Assembly: GCA_965216315.1 (NCBI GenBank)
Contig: CBDCFN010000015.1
Location: 423,801 to 487,800 of the forward strand
Source of the DNA: a bacterium
Lineage (GTDB): Bacteria > UBA10199 > 2-02-FULL-50-16 > JAJFLM01
DNA length: 64,000 bases
Direction of reading: 5' to 3'
Below are positions 8,544 through 18,010 of the stretch, in pieces. Under the pieces are notes generated by a model. That model ran no database searches, was not told the DNA's origin, and worked only from the letters and a program-made list of their open reading frames with translations. The translations under genes and the position numbers were made by a program. Each line of letters starts with the position of its first letter. Within the stretch, counting starts at the first letter, position 1.

Positions 8544-9664
8544 AGAATTTCAAACTCTTTGGAGATCTTGCTTAATATCTCGGCCCCGCCTCGTTTGACG
8601 AGTAGATCGTCTTCAATTCTTATCCCCCCGATCTCAGGATAGTAGAGTCCCGGCTCAACCGTGACCACCTGGCCCGCCAGCAATTTGTTTTTGAGGGCGC
8701 TGACCCGCGGGTATTCGTGAATATCGAGTCCGAGACCATGACCGGTCGAATGAATAAATCCTTGGAGGGAACCGTTCTTGCGGGTGGTCATGAAGCCGTG
8801 TTCTTCGAGGACACGGACCGCGGTGCGATGCACAGTGGACCCATCGACGTTGTGACGAACTTTTTTAGCGGCTGTGGCTTGGGCCTCGCGGACAGCCTGA
8901 TACATCTCTTTAAGCTTATCCGGTGCGCGACCCCGGCAGACAGAACGCGCGACGTCCGCGTGATAGCCGGTTTTTTCGCAGCGCGGAAATACATCCATCA
9001 CGATCGATTCGTGGGCGCGCAAGGGCCCGGATCCTTCGCAGTGGGGATCGGCCCCCTGCTTGCCACCGGCGACGATCGTGTGGCGACCGATATAACCTTG
9101 CTCCATGAGTTTGACGTTGATCACTTGTTTGAGCCGTTCACTGGTGAGGGGGCGATTTTGCCAATAGAGCCGCTTGTTTTTAATCTTTGATTTTTTCAAC
9201 GTCAGCTTGGCTTCGTTAATGGCCCGTTCCGTAGCACGTATCGCCTTGCGTATCGCTTCAACCTCGTCTTTGCGTTTGATGGAGCGCTTAGGAAAAAAAG
9301 GCTCGGGACCAATAGCAACCCGATAGCGTTTCCGACGCAGCCCTTCGGCATAGACGAGGTTGAAGTCGACGGGGACGATCAGCGATTGAATTTTGAGTTT
9401 CTTGAGGGCCGCGTCGACATAGTCGATAAAAGTTACACCCTTTTTTTTGCGCATGCCCTTTGCGAGTTCATTGTAAGAAATCACTCCGTGGACATTAGCT
9501 TCTTTCTTGGCCCGTGCGTATTCGAGGTCCGAGAGGACGAGGTACTTCCGCGCACCCTTCTGAATGAAAATGCAGGGGTCGGGGACGAAGAAGCCGGTGG
9601 CCCAGAGGAGGTTGGCGTCCGACTCGGAATCGGCAATGATGAGGCGGTTTTTAGCGACACCCAT
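8540..9664 (-). CDS. Xaa-Pro aminopeptidase (M24 family)
   Basis: DPH, MDVFP..GYHADVAR, HSTGHGLGLDIHE, TVEPGLY, GGIRIEDD. Confidence 0.92.
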   Translation of the reverse strand: MGVAKNRLIIADSESDANLLWATGFFVPDPCIFIQKGARKYLVLSDLEYARAKKEANVHGVISYNELAKGMRKKKGVTFIDYVDAALKKLKIQSLIVPVDFNLVYAEGLRRKRYRVAIGPEPFFPKRSIKRKDEVEAIRKAIRATERAINEAKLTLKKSKIKNKRLYWQNRPLTSERLKQVINVKLMEQGYIGRHTIVAGGKQGADPHCEGSGPLRAHESIVMDVFPRCEKTGYHADVARSVCRGRAPDKLKEMYQAVREAQATAAKKVRHNVDGSTVHRTAVRVLEEHGFMTTRKNGSLQGFIHSTGHGLGLDIHEYPRVSALKNKLLAGQVVTVEPGLYYPEIGGIRIEDDLLVKRGGAEILSKISKEFEIL

Positions 9665-9749
9665 AGCACTACCTTAATATATGGGGCCTCTGAGTGGAAG
9701 CATTCTCTGTTAGACAACAACTTCTGGCGCGCTGCGGCGATAAGGGGCC

Positions 9750-10601
9750 GTGATTATAGGGACCTCAAATATCGTGGCAAGGAGCGCTCTGCTGGCCAAT
9801 TCTGGTGCATTTTGCGCAGGTTCCCAGCTCGTGTTCGCGACGGAGAGTGGCTTTGTCGAGCATATGGCCGCGACAGTGGATCATTCGCCTTATCTCTCCA
9901 ACGGACCGCGCGAAGAATTGCGAGTCGTGATGGGCCGCAGCAATTCGGTTCGCGAGTTAGCCGACGCGACCTACCATGCCTTGCACCGCTCTTGGTTTGA
10001 GAGGATTGCGCAAACGGAAAGCGGCGCTGGCATTAGTCTGCGGACGCGTGATGTCTCGGTGCTCTTTGACCATACGGCGGGTGACCTCAAGTTTTTAAAC
10101 TTGGCAGCTAATCATCGCTTTCGCCTCAACGAGGCTACGTTGCGGGCGCAGTTGAGTTACGACCATCCTCAGGCCGACCAGGTTTTAGAGGTTACCTTTC
10201 AAGACGCGGGCCAGTTTGCGGCCTTGGTCCCCGTCTTTGAGAATCAACTCAACTCTTATATTTTATTGATGGATGTGAATAAGACCTGGGGGCCGAGCGG
10301 GATCTTTCTTAATTCGATCGCTGAAGATGAAAGTCAGGGTATCTTTCGGATTCCCACCCTCAGTCTATTCGAAGCGGGGATGCGCTGCATGTTGGGGAGT
10401 CGTTTTTCATTTTGTATTGCCGCAGGTGAAGTGACCCCAAACGATTATCGGTCGCTGTGGAATAGCAATGTGCGTCCCATCGGATTGCCGTTGGAAGCTC
10501 TTTATTTGCATGCGGCGGCAGGGCTTGTTGATCCCGTGACTTTTGCGGGTCATGATATCTACCATGCGATTCATAATTTTATTGATACGGAGTTACTATG
10601 A
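9750..10601 (+). CDS. Hypothetical protein (paralog of the next gene)
   Basis: 283-aa ORF; colinear similarity blocks with 10598-11389. Confidence 0.65.
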   Translation: MIIGTSNIVARSALLANSGAFCAGSQLVFATESGFVEHMAATVDHSPYLSNGPREELRVVMGRSNSVRELADATYHALHRSWFERIAQTESGAGISLRTRDVSVLFDHTAGDLKFLNLAANHRFRLNEATLRAQLSYDHPQADQVLEVTFQDAGQFAALVPVFENQLNSYILLMDVNKTWGPSGIFLNSIAEDESQGIFRIPTLSLFEAGMRCMLGSRFSFCIAAGEVTPNDYRSLWNSNVRPIGLPLEALYLHAAAGLVDPVTFAGHDIYHAIHNFIDTELL

Positions 10602-11389
10602 TACAACTAACGAGTCTGGGGTCGAATTTATGTCTGGCTGCGGCGTTGACGCCCCCCACTATTGCAAATTTGATCGGGCAATTAGAACGTGACTGTCGCG
10701 ACCAACTCATTGCGGATATTCCAACGACACCGCATCTTGACGACATGGGGCGCGCGACGTTGCAGGGCTTGGTCGATGCAGGCGCTTCGACGCGGCAGCT
10801 CGCGGATACGGCATGGTTTAATCTCTTTGCCGCTCGACACGAGCCGACCTGGTCCGGTGTGGAGAGTCTGTTTGCTCGGGAGCCGGGCCGAGTTTATGCA
10901 CGGGACGTGAATCCTGCGGACCTACGAGCAAACCTGAGCGCCAATCACTTTGCGGCGGACTTGGTAATGAATCTGAATTTTCCCGATGAAGCGGCGTTGG
11001 AAGAATTTTATTGGGGTGAGGCCACGTCTTTGCCTTATATCCGGTTGCAGCTTGGGTTTAGTTTATTGTTTCTAGAGACTCCGATTGATTTAGTTCACTT
11101 GGATGATCGGGATGAATTAATCATCCGCGTGCCATCGCTAACCCTCATTGAATCAGCGTTTCGTGCGCTCTGGCGTTCCGATTTTCAGCTCGTCATGACA
11201 CCCAACACGGTTGATGACGAGATCTACGCGCAGCTTAAGAGCGATCGCTATCATGCGATGGGTGTGAGTTTGCGGGATCAGTTCGTGGAAGATCGCGAGG
11301 CGGAGGTGTCACCGCTGGTCTTTATGGGACACGAACTGCTTGCCGTTGTACTCGATCCGCCGATGCCGGATCGAGCACTCGATATTTAA
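10598..11389 (+). CDS. Hypothetical protein (paralog of the previous gene)
   Basis: 263-aa ORF with ATGA overlap with the previous gene. Confidence 0.65.
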   Translation: MIQLTSLGSNLCLAAALTPPTIANLIGQLERDCRDQLIADIPTTPHLDDMGRATLQGLVDAGASTRQLADTAWFNLFAARHEPTWSGVESLFAREPGRVYARDVNPADLRANLSANHFAADLVMNLNFPDEAALEEFYWGEATSLPYIRLQLGFSLLFLETPIDLVHLDDRDELIIRVPSLTLIESAFRALWRSDFQLVMTPNTVDDEIYAQLKSDRYHAMGVSLRDQFVEDREAEVSPLVFMGHELLAVVLDPPMPDRALDI

Positions 11390-12357
11390 GTGGCATAAGG
11401 TCGATAGAGCTTGATGACTTCCGATTGATAGGCGACGCGTGCGTGAAGACCTTCCAACAACCGGAGTTCCACGGCAAACAAGGCCCGAATGAGATCGAAG
11501 CGCGCCGCCGGATCATGGTGTCGATAGACTTCATGTCCCCCCGTGATAATTTGCTCTCCGATCAGGCGGACAAACTCCTCGGATGCCCAGTTGTCCGCAC
11601 TCATCACCGGTGCGAACGTGCGCTGGCCCCACCAGCGCTGATCCCAGCCCCGACACTTCATGCCGCGATAGATATCGCTCCATAAGACGAGCCGGTAGAT
11701 TTTATGTCGCTGGAGGCGAGGGGCTTGTCGGTAGAGGGGCAGGGCGATGGTACAGCCATAATTGACGCCGGCTTGCTCGGCGAAGCCCCATTGCTGCTCG
11801 GCCGCGGCGGGAGAGCCCCCCTCGTGAAAGAGTTGAAAGAAAGTTTTCCAGCCGGCGCCCGCGTCCAGCTGCCGGATTGGTTCGGTGAGCTGGTAGCCGA
11901 TGGCTTCCTGCCCTTGATAGAGTCGGTAGCCGTCCTGAAAGGCCTGCAAGACGCCGGCATCAGCGATTGAGGACCACCCGCGAATATCTCGCAAATCCGG
12001 ATCGTTATCGAAGAAACGGAGGATGCCGAGAAAATTGGTGAACTTGTAGGTTGCCGACTCGGCCATAAACCAGTCGACCCAACGATAACGTTGCTGCATG
12101 TCGAGGGCGGCGAGGTCCGCAATACTCATTGCCAAGGCACGGTCACCGAGATCGATCGCGGGGTGCCAGAAGGCCGGATCGGGACTATCATCCCGTCCGT
12201 GAATAATGGCTTCGAAGCCGCGGAGTCTGGAGGCTTCGGCGGGCGCGGTGAGGCGCCGACCCATTCCCCCGCCCGAAAGGGTGAGTGAAGAAGTGATGCT
12301 TTGAGCCAGCCCGATTAACGGCGAGGCAAGCAGGTTGCCGACGTGACCAATGACCAT
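11386..12357 (-). CDS. Hypothetical protein
   Basis: Long ORF, Trp-rich; start ATG 12357 chosen because it lies 7 nt after a sigma28-like -10. Confidence 0.6.
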   Translation of the reverse strand: MVIGHVGNLLASPLIGLAQSITSSLTLSGGGMGRRLTAPAEASRLRGFEAIIHGRDDSPDPAFWHPAIDLGDRALAMSIADLAALDMQQRYRWVDWFMAESATYKFTNFLGILRFFDNDPDLRDIRGWSSIADAGVLQAFQDGYRLYQGQEAIGYQLTEPIRQLDAGAGWKTFFQLFHEGGSPAAAEQQWGFAEQAGVNYGCTIALPLYRQAPRLQRHKIYRLVLWSDIYRGMKCRGWDQRWWGQRTFAPVMSADNWASEEFVRLIGEQIITGGHEVYRHHDPAARFDLIRALFAVELRLLEGLHARVAYQSEVIKLYRPYAT

Positions 12358-12523
12358 AGCTTTCAAGTCGGCAACGATTTTGATTTGTTGCTAGCTATCC
12401 GATCACTCCGATAATCGAACCCGCCGTCCCAAAATCGGACGCATTGTGAAGGGAGAAACGCGCAAATCCGCGTAAATAGACGTCTCGGAGCTTGGCCCGC
12501 TTCTTGCACTTAGTAATGGAGCT

Positions 12524-12934
12524 ATGGGCAAGGACCGAGACATCAAACCGGGTAACGGACTGCTGGATTGGGGCACACGTGGGCGGCCGCTGCAACACGG
12601 ACCGATCTGGGGCCATCATTGCGGCCTCGCGTGGAAGAGTGCACGGCCGCCGACCGATAGTCTCGATGAGGCCTGCCAAAGACATGATGCGTGTTGGGAG
12701 AGTTGCAAAGAGGAGTCAAAGCAGACCCGTTGGCAGCGGATGCGCGATGGCCGCCTCCATGAACGCCCGTCCAAGCGGAAAGAGTGTCGTGAAGGCTGTG
12801 ATGATGCGATGGTCGAGGAGCTTAAAGACCTGCCGAAGGATCCGACCAAGTGGCCGGACCCGGTCCCAAAACGCTCGGCTCGGGCCGCGCGCCGTTACCT
12901 TGAGGCCGCGCGTCGCCTCTTCGAGTGGTTTTAG
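12524..12934 (+). CDS. Phospholipase A2-like protein
   Basis: WGHHCG (Ca-loop-like) and DSLDEACQRHDAC (catalytic His-Asp), later CD. Confidence 0.7.
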   Translation: MGKDRDIKPGNGLLDWGTRGRPLQHGPIWGHHCGLAWKSARPPTDSLDEACQRHDACWESCKEESKQTRWQRMRDGRLHERPSKRKECREGCDDAMVEELKDLPKDPTKWPDPVPKRSARAARRYLEAARRLFEWF

Positions 12935-13060
12935 CCAGAAATAAGCATTTTAGCATATTATAACTAATTGAAAATATTGAATAATATATTTATTGTATAA
13001 AAATAAGCAACTATGCTAAAATGGGGAGCGATAAAGATAGTAACGATAAAGGAATTTTCG

Positions 13061-13471
13061 ATGAACATGTCGCAGGCTCAAAAAGATCTGACAATTGATG
13101 ACCATGCGGCTCACGCCTTGGGCAAGGTGTTTTGGAATCTCGTCAAACACTGGCAGTTAGGTCCGAAGGATCAGGCCTTGATTCTGGGTGTGAAATACCA
13201 CGTCACAAAACTAAAGGAGTGGCAAAAGAAACAGATTATTCCCGAGGACCCCGACAAGTTTGCCCGTGTGGGTCACTTGGCCGGTATCCATAAGAATTTG
13301 CGCATTCTCTTTCCGTATAATCGCCGTGCGGTCTATGATTTTATGAAGACCAAACAGGATTTCTTATTCAACGGCAAGAGCCCACTTGAATTGATTCACG
13401 AGGGTGGACCGATGAATTCCTACAGTAACATCGCCGCGATCCGCCGGCGCCTCGATCAAATGCGCGTTTAA
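13061..13471 (+). CDS. Xre/MbcA/ParS-type antitoxin
   Basis: N-terminal HTH-like segment (QALILG); C-terminal FNGKSPLELI...RRRLD; directly upstream of a RES gene; AAGGA RBS before ATG 13061. Confidence 0.8.
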   Translation: MNMSQAQKDLTIDDHAAHALGKVFWNLVKHWQLGPKDQALILGVKYHVTKLKEWQKKQIIPEDPDKFARVGHLAGIHKNLRILFPYNRRAVYDFMKTKQDFLFNGKSPLELIHEGGPMNSYSNIAAIRRRLDQMRV

Positions 13472-14208
13472 TGGAACTCCCTCGCTTAAAGGCGACTCCC
13501 TATACAGGGCAGGTGTATCGTAACATTTTTACTTGTTCGCCAAGCCAGTATCTCTTGGACGATGTCTGTGCGGTGAAGGATTATGATTTGGTCGATGCTT
13601 TCATTCAAAATACTTCGGGCATCGATCACAACGAACCGCAAGTCAATCGGCCGTTCCAGTATGGCAACATTGAATCGGAAGAAATCCTCGCCGTCTTCAA
13701 GCGGGAGAACTGGGGTTATGGGCGTTTTGGAGACGGTAAGAGTTACGGGGTTTGGTATGGGGCGGAAGAAGAAGCGACCTCAGTCTGCGAGGCGAGTTGG
13801 ACCGCCTATCGGCTGGCTCAGGATAATATGAAGGGACATGGTGAAGTCTATACAACCGATCGCGCGATGTATCAGGCGCGGCTGTCATCCGAGTTAGCCG
13901 TTGATATCACGACGTCGAGGAAATACGCGAAGCCACTGCGTCATCCGACCGATTATGCTTTTTGTCAGGCCCTTGGCCAAGAGATGAATGCGGTAGGTCA
14001 TGAAATCTTACGAACGCACTCTGCCCGCAAGACAGACGGTATCTGCACACCGGTATTTGCCCCACAGGCAATCAAGCAGGTGACACGCAGCTATGATCTT
14101 AAGATCAACGTTTCGCCGGATGGATTCATTGGGATCAGCTCGGCTCATGAGGCGATGAACTTTTCGCTGTCGGCTGAGCAGTTGAGAGATCCCTATGGGC
14201 TACGGTGA
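13471..14208 (+). CDS. RES-domain toxin (NAD+ phosphorylase-like)
   Basis: VYR, GRFGDG..GVWYGA..E, DY..CQ..G, SAR motifs. Confidence 0.85.
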   Translation: MELPRLKATPYTGQVYRNIFTCSPSQYLLDDVCAVKDYDLVDAFIQNTSGIDHNEPQVNRPFQYGNIESEEILAVFKRENWGYGRFGDGKSYGVWYGAEEEATSVCEASWTAYRLAQDNMKGHGEVYTTDRAMYQARLSSELAVDITTSRKYAKPLRHPTDYAFCQALGQEMNAVGHEILRTHSARKTDGICTPVFAPQAIKQVTRSYDLKINVSPDGFIGISSAHEAMNFSLSAEQLRDPYGLR

Positions 14209-14274
14209 TAAATGCTGATGAAGTTGATTTCCTTTGATTGACACCCTTCCGTGGGTTCTTTACCTTACGCCCTT

Positions 14275-16932
14275 ATGTCGGAAGAATTGCCCAAAGTCTA
14301 TGAGCCCAAGGCCGTCGAAGAGGCCTGGATGGAGCGGTGGCTCCAGCAGAAACGTTACCATGCCGAGCCGAGCTCAGAGCGTCCCCCGTTCTGCATCGTC
14401 ATCCCGCCGCCTAACGTGACTGGGGTGCTTCACATGGGGCATGCCCTCAACAATACCCTTCAGGACATACTCTGTCGCTACAAACGAATGAAGGGCTTTA
14501 ACGTGCTCTGGATGCCAGGGACCGATCATGCCGGTATCGCGACCCAGAACGTCGTGGAGAAAAAGCTCGCGGCCGAAGGGCGCAACCGCCATGAACTCGG
14601 GCGCCAACTCTTTATCCGCGAGGTCTGGGACTGGAAGCAAAAACACGGCTCGCACATCGTCCATCAGTTACAGCGACTCGGGGCCTCCTGCGACTGGCAG
14701 CGCGAACGCTTCACGATGGATCGGGGTCTCTCGCAGGCCGTGAACGAGACCTTTGTGACCTTCTTTAAAAAGGGCCTGATCTATAGGGACCTTTACCTCA
14801 TCAACTGGTGCCCGCGCTGTCATACTGCTTTGTCTGATCTCGAGGTGGAACACGAACAGCAAAAGGGTCACCTCTGGCATTTGAAGTATCCCTATAAAGA
14901 TGGCAATGACGGCATTGTCGTTGCGACGACACGGCCCGAGACCATGCTCGGTGATACGGCGGTCGCCGTCCATCCGGACGATGAACGCTATAAAGACGTC
15001 ATTGGTAAAACGGTGATTCTGCCCCTGGTTGAAAGAGAGATACCGATCATCGCGGATCATCGGGTCGATCGCGAGTTCGGGAGCGGTGCGGTCAAGATCA
15101 CACCGGCCCATGACTTCAACGACTTTCTGATGGGCAACGAACACGGGCTTGATCGCGTCAATCTCTTCACCATCGAAGGGAAGATGAACGAGAACGCGGT
15201 TCATTATCAGGGTATCGATCGTTTTGAGTGTCGGCGCCGCATCGTCGACGAGTTGGAACAAAAAGGCATCCTCATCGAGACCGAAGATCACCTGTTAAGT
15301 GTCGGTCATTGTTATCGCTGCAAGACCGTGGTGGAGCCCTATCTCTCGGAGCAATGGTTCGTCAAAGCCGCGCCGCTCGCGGAGCGGGCACTCCAAGCCG
15401 TACGCGAGGGACGGACGACTTTTCATCCGGCCAATTGGACCAAGACTTACGAGCAGTGGATGGAGAATATTCAGCCCTGGTGTATCTCCCGCCAGATCTG
15501 GTGGGGTCATCAGATTCCCGCCTGGTACGGGCCGGATGGGCATACCTTCGTCGAGAAGACGGAAGAAGAGGCCAAACAGGCGGCGGCAAAATACTACGGC
15601 GAAGAGGTTGAACTCCGACGCGATGATGATGTGCTGGATACCTGGTTTTCTTCCGGCCTCTGGCCTTTCTCTACGCTCGGCTGGCCGAAACAGACCGAGG
15701 AGCTCGAGACCTTTTATCCGACGACGGTCCTCGTGACGGCCTTTGATATCATCTTCTTTTGGGTCGCGCGCATGATGATGATGGGCCTCGAGTTGCGCGA
15801 CGAGGTTCCCTTTAAGGATGTCTATATCCATGCCCTGGTTCGAGATGCCGAGGGCAAGAAAATGTCGAAGTCCAAGGGTAACGTCATCGATCCCTTGGAG
15901 ATCATGGACCGCTTTGGAACCGACGCCTTTCGCTTTACCCTGGCGGCGCTCGCGGCCCAGGGCCGGGACGTCAAGCTTTCCGAAGATGTCATTCAAGGTT
16001 ATCGTAACTTCTGCAACAAGATCTGGAACGCCACGCGTTTTGCGATGATGAACTTGAAAGGCTATCAGCCGGAAGACGGCAAGGATCCCTGGGAGAGTAA
16101 AAGCTCGTATGACTACTGGATCCGAGGCAAGTTACAGCAGACGCTCAAGACGGTCGAGGTGGCGATCGAAGAATATAAATTCGACGTCGCAGCGAAGTCT
16201 CTTTATCATTTTTTCTGGCATGATTTCTGCGATTGGTATCTTGAGTACAGCAAGGGCCAGCTTAACCAACAAACCTTGTATAGAGTGCTGGAAACGAGCT
16301 TGCGACTGTTGCATCCCTTTATGCCCTTTATTACCGAAGAGATCTGGCATCGTTTGACAGAGGCCGAGGAGACCGAGGATATCAATGCGCGGCCATTTCC
16401 GCGCTTCGACGAGATCTTGAGTGAGGCGGAAGCAGAGGCCCACGCCAAGGAGATCGCGATTGTCGAGCATCTCGTGACGCCCGTGATTGAACAAATCCGT
16501 TCGATACGCGGCGAGAATCAGATCCCACCGAAGGCGGAGATCACGACGATCATCTACGTGAAAGATGCGGCTCAACAGCAGCCGTTAAATACCTACGCCA
16601 ATGACATCAAACGCCTCACTGGAACCGTGGATCTCCAGGTGGATGGGACGATCCCGGAAGCGAAGGGCATGTCACGGGCGGTGATCTCGGAGGGCCTGCA
16701 GGTCTTCATCCCGCTCAAGGGCTTGATCGACTTTGCGGCCGAGCGGCAACGCTTGGAGAAAGAGATCGGCAAGCTCGAGGCGGAGCGGGATCGTTTGAGC
16801 AAGAAGTTGACCAACAAGAATTTTGTGGCGCGGGCGCCGGAAGAGGTGGTGGCGGCCGAGCAGGAAAAGTTGGCTGTCGCCCAAGGCAAGATCGAGCGCT
16901 TGCAAGAGGCGCACGACAATTTAGTAGAATGA
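14275..16932 (+). CDS. valS: Valine--tRNA ligase
   Basis: PPPNVTGVLHMGHA, KMSKS, C-terminal coiled coil with NFVARAP; start at MSEELPKVY. Confidence 0.97.
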   Translation: MSEELPKVYEPKAVEEAWMERWLQQKRYHAEPSSERPPFCIVIPPPNVTGVLHMGHALNNTLQDILCRYKRMKGFNVLWMPGTDHAGIATQNVVEKKLAAEGRNRHELGRQLFIREVWDWKQKHGSHIVHQLQRLGASCDWQRERFTMDRGLSQAVNETFVTFFKKGLIYRDLYLINWCPRCHTALSDLEVEHEQQKGHLWHLKYPYKDGNDGIVVATTRPETMLGDTAVAVHPDDERYKDVIGKTVILPLVEREIPIIADHRVDREFGSGAVKITPAHDFNDFLMGNEHGLDRVNLFTIEGKMNENAVHYQGIDRFECRRRIVDELEQKGILIETEDHLLSVGHCYRCKTVVEPYLSEQWFVKAAPLAERALQAVREGRTTFHPANWTKTYEQWMENIQPWCISRQIWWGHQIPAWYGPDGHTFVEKTEEEAKQAAAKYYGEEVELRRDDDVLDTWFSSGLWPFSTLGWPKQTEELETFYPTTVLVTAFDIIFFWVARMMMMGLELRDEVPFKDVYIHALVRDAEGKKMSKSKGNVIDPLEIMDRFGTDAFRFTLAALAAQGRDVKLSEDVIQGYRNFCNKIWNATRFAMMNLKGYQPEDGKDPWESKSSYDYWIRGKLQQTLKTVEVAIEEYKFDVAAKSLYHFFWHDFCDWYLEYSKGQLNQQTLYRVLETSLRLLHPFMPFITEEIWHRLTEAEETEDINARPFPRFDEILSEAEAEAHAKEIAIVEHLVTPVIEQIRSIRGENQIPPKAEITTIIYVKDAAQQQPLNTYANDIKRLTGTVDLQVDGTIPEAKGMSRAVISEGLQVFIPLKGLIDFAAERQRLEKEIGKLEAERDRLSKKLTNKNFVARAPEEVVAAEQEKLAVAQGKIERLQEAHDNLVE

Positions 16933-16942
16933 GTGCAAATTA

Positions 16943-17030
16943 AATCCCTCCTAACCTCCCTTTACAAAAGGGAGGGACTCAAGTGGTGATAGTTATCTCC
17001 CCCTTTGTAAAGGGGGACTAAGGGGGATTT
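16943..17030. repeat. Double-hairpin MITE-like element (family A, complete)
   Basis: AAATCCCTCCTAACCTCCCTTTACAAAAGGGAGGG...CTCCCCCTTTGTAAAGGGGGACTAAGGGGGATTT with imperfect terminal inverted repeats; partial copy at 33227-33293. Confidence 0.8.
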
Positions 17031-17053
17031 AATAGACCTAATATAGGCTCAAC

Positions 17054-17977
17054 ATGGATTCTATAGACCAATTAATTGAACTCGCTTTACAAGAAGACCT
17101 CGGCCCCGGTGACGTTACGACCGATGCGATCTTTGCCGACCAAGGCATCCAGGGCACCGCGCGCATCTACGCCAAGGAAGATCTGGTTCTCTCCGGCGTG
17201 GACGTGGCCCAACGGGTCTTTGCTAAAATTGATGATGCCCTTCAATGGGAAGGTCGAGCCGGTGAAGGCGCGGCTCTCAAGGCCGGTACGGACATCGCCT
17301 TGATTGAAGGTGCGGTGGCATCCTTGCTCAAGGCCGAACGTCTGGCCCTTAATTTTCTCCAACAACTCTCCGGCATTGCGAGCTACACCGCGCGTTTCGT
17401 CCGGGCGGTTCATGGCAGCGAGGTCAAACTGCGCGACACGCGCAAGACGATTCCGGGGCTGCGCTTGTTAAGCAAGCAGGCAACGGTCGCAGGGGGCGCG
17501 GAAAATCACCGCATGGGGCTCTACGATCAGTTCCTGATCAAAGACAACCACATCGATGCGGCGGGTTCGATCTTAGGGGCTAGCGTCGCCCCCTCCACCG
17601 GCAAAGCCGGTGGAGCCTCCCCCTCTCGCTCGGGTTCCTCGCTAAAAGCGGGAGGGTTGATTCAATACTGCGTTGAGTGTGCAAAAGCGCACAATAGTTC
17701 TTTAAAAATACAAGTCGAGGTCCGCAACGAGGACGAGGCTCAGGAGGCCGTCCAGGCTGGCGCGGACAGTTTGATCCTCGATAACATGACCTTCGAGGAG
17801 GCCGAGGCGATCGCAGCAAAATATCGGAATCAAGTCGAGCTCGAGGTCTCCGGCAACGTCACCCTCGTGACCGTGGCGCGCTGGGCCCGCACCGGTGTGC
17901 ACGCGATCTCGATCGGGTCCCTGACGCACTCCGCCCCGGCCGCAGATATCGCGATGGAAATTAAAGAGCGGACTTGA
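17054..17977 (+). CDS. nadC: Quinolinate phosphoribosyltransferase carrying an in-frame insertion
   Basis: EDLGPGDVT, DTRKTIPG, NHRMGLYD, LIKDNH, LILDN, SGNVT, THSA. Confidence 0.95.
   Translation: MDSIDQLIELALQEDLGPGDVTTDAIFADQGIQGTARIYAKEDLVLSGVDVAQRVFAKIDDALQWEGRAGEGAALKAGTDIALIEGAVASLLKAERLALNFLQQLSGIASYTARFVRAVHGSEVKLRDTRKTIPGLRLLSKQATVAGGAENHRMGLYDQFLIKDNHIDAAGSILGASVAPSTGKAGGASPSRSGSSLKAGGLIQYCVECAKAHNSSLKIQVEVRNEDEAQEAVQAGADSLILDNMTFEEAEAIAAKYRNQVELEVSGNVTLVTVARWARTGVHAISIGSLTHSAPAADIAMEIKERT
17574..17644 (-). repeat. 71-bp TA-bounded palindromic element inserted in-frame (copy 2)
   Basis: Reverse complement TAGCGAGGAACCCGAGCGAGAGGGGGAGGCTCCACCGGCTTTGCCGGTGGAGGGGGCGACGCTAGCCCCTA aligns without gaps to 1560-1630. 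Confidence 0.85.
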
Positions 17978-18010
17978 CCTGATATTAATGTACCTATATA
18001 ATAGGTACAT
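17974..18010 (+). promoter_or_regulatory. sigma70 promoter with an overlapping 10-bp inverted-repeat operator
   Basis: TTGACC-N17-TATAAT; ATGTACCTAT-ATA-ATAGGTACAT (17988-18010) covers the -10 and the start codon. Confidence 0.8.

Noticed and set aside
16921..16940. GAGTGCAAA as a CIRCE half-site
   Set aside because: No matching TTAGCACTC arm at 9-nt spacing and not upstream of a chaperone gene.
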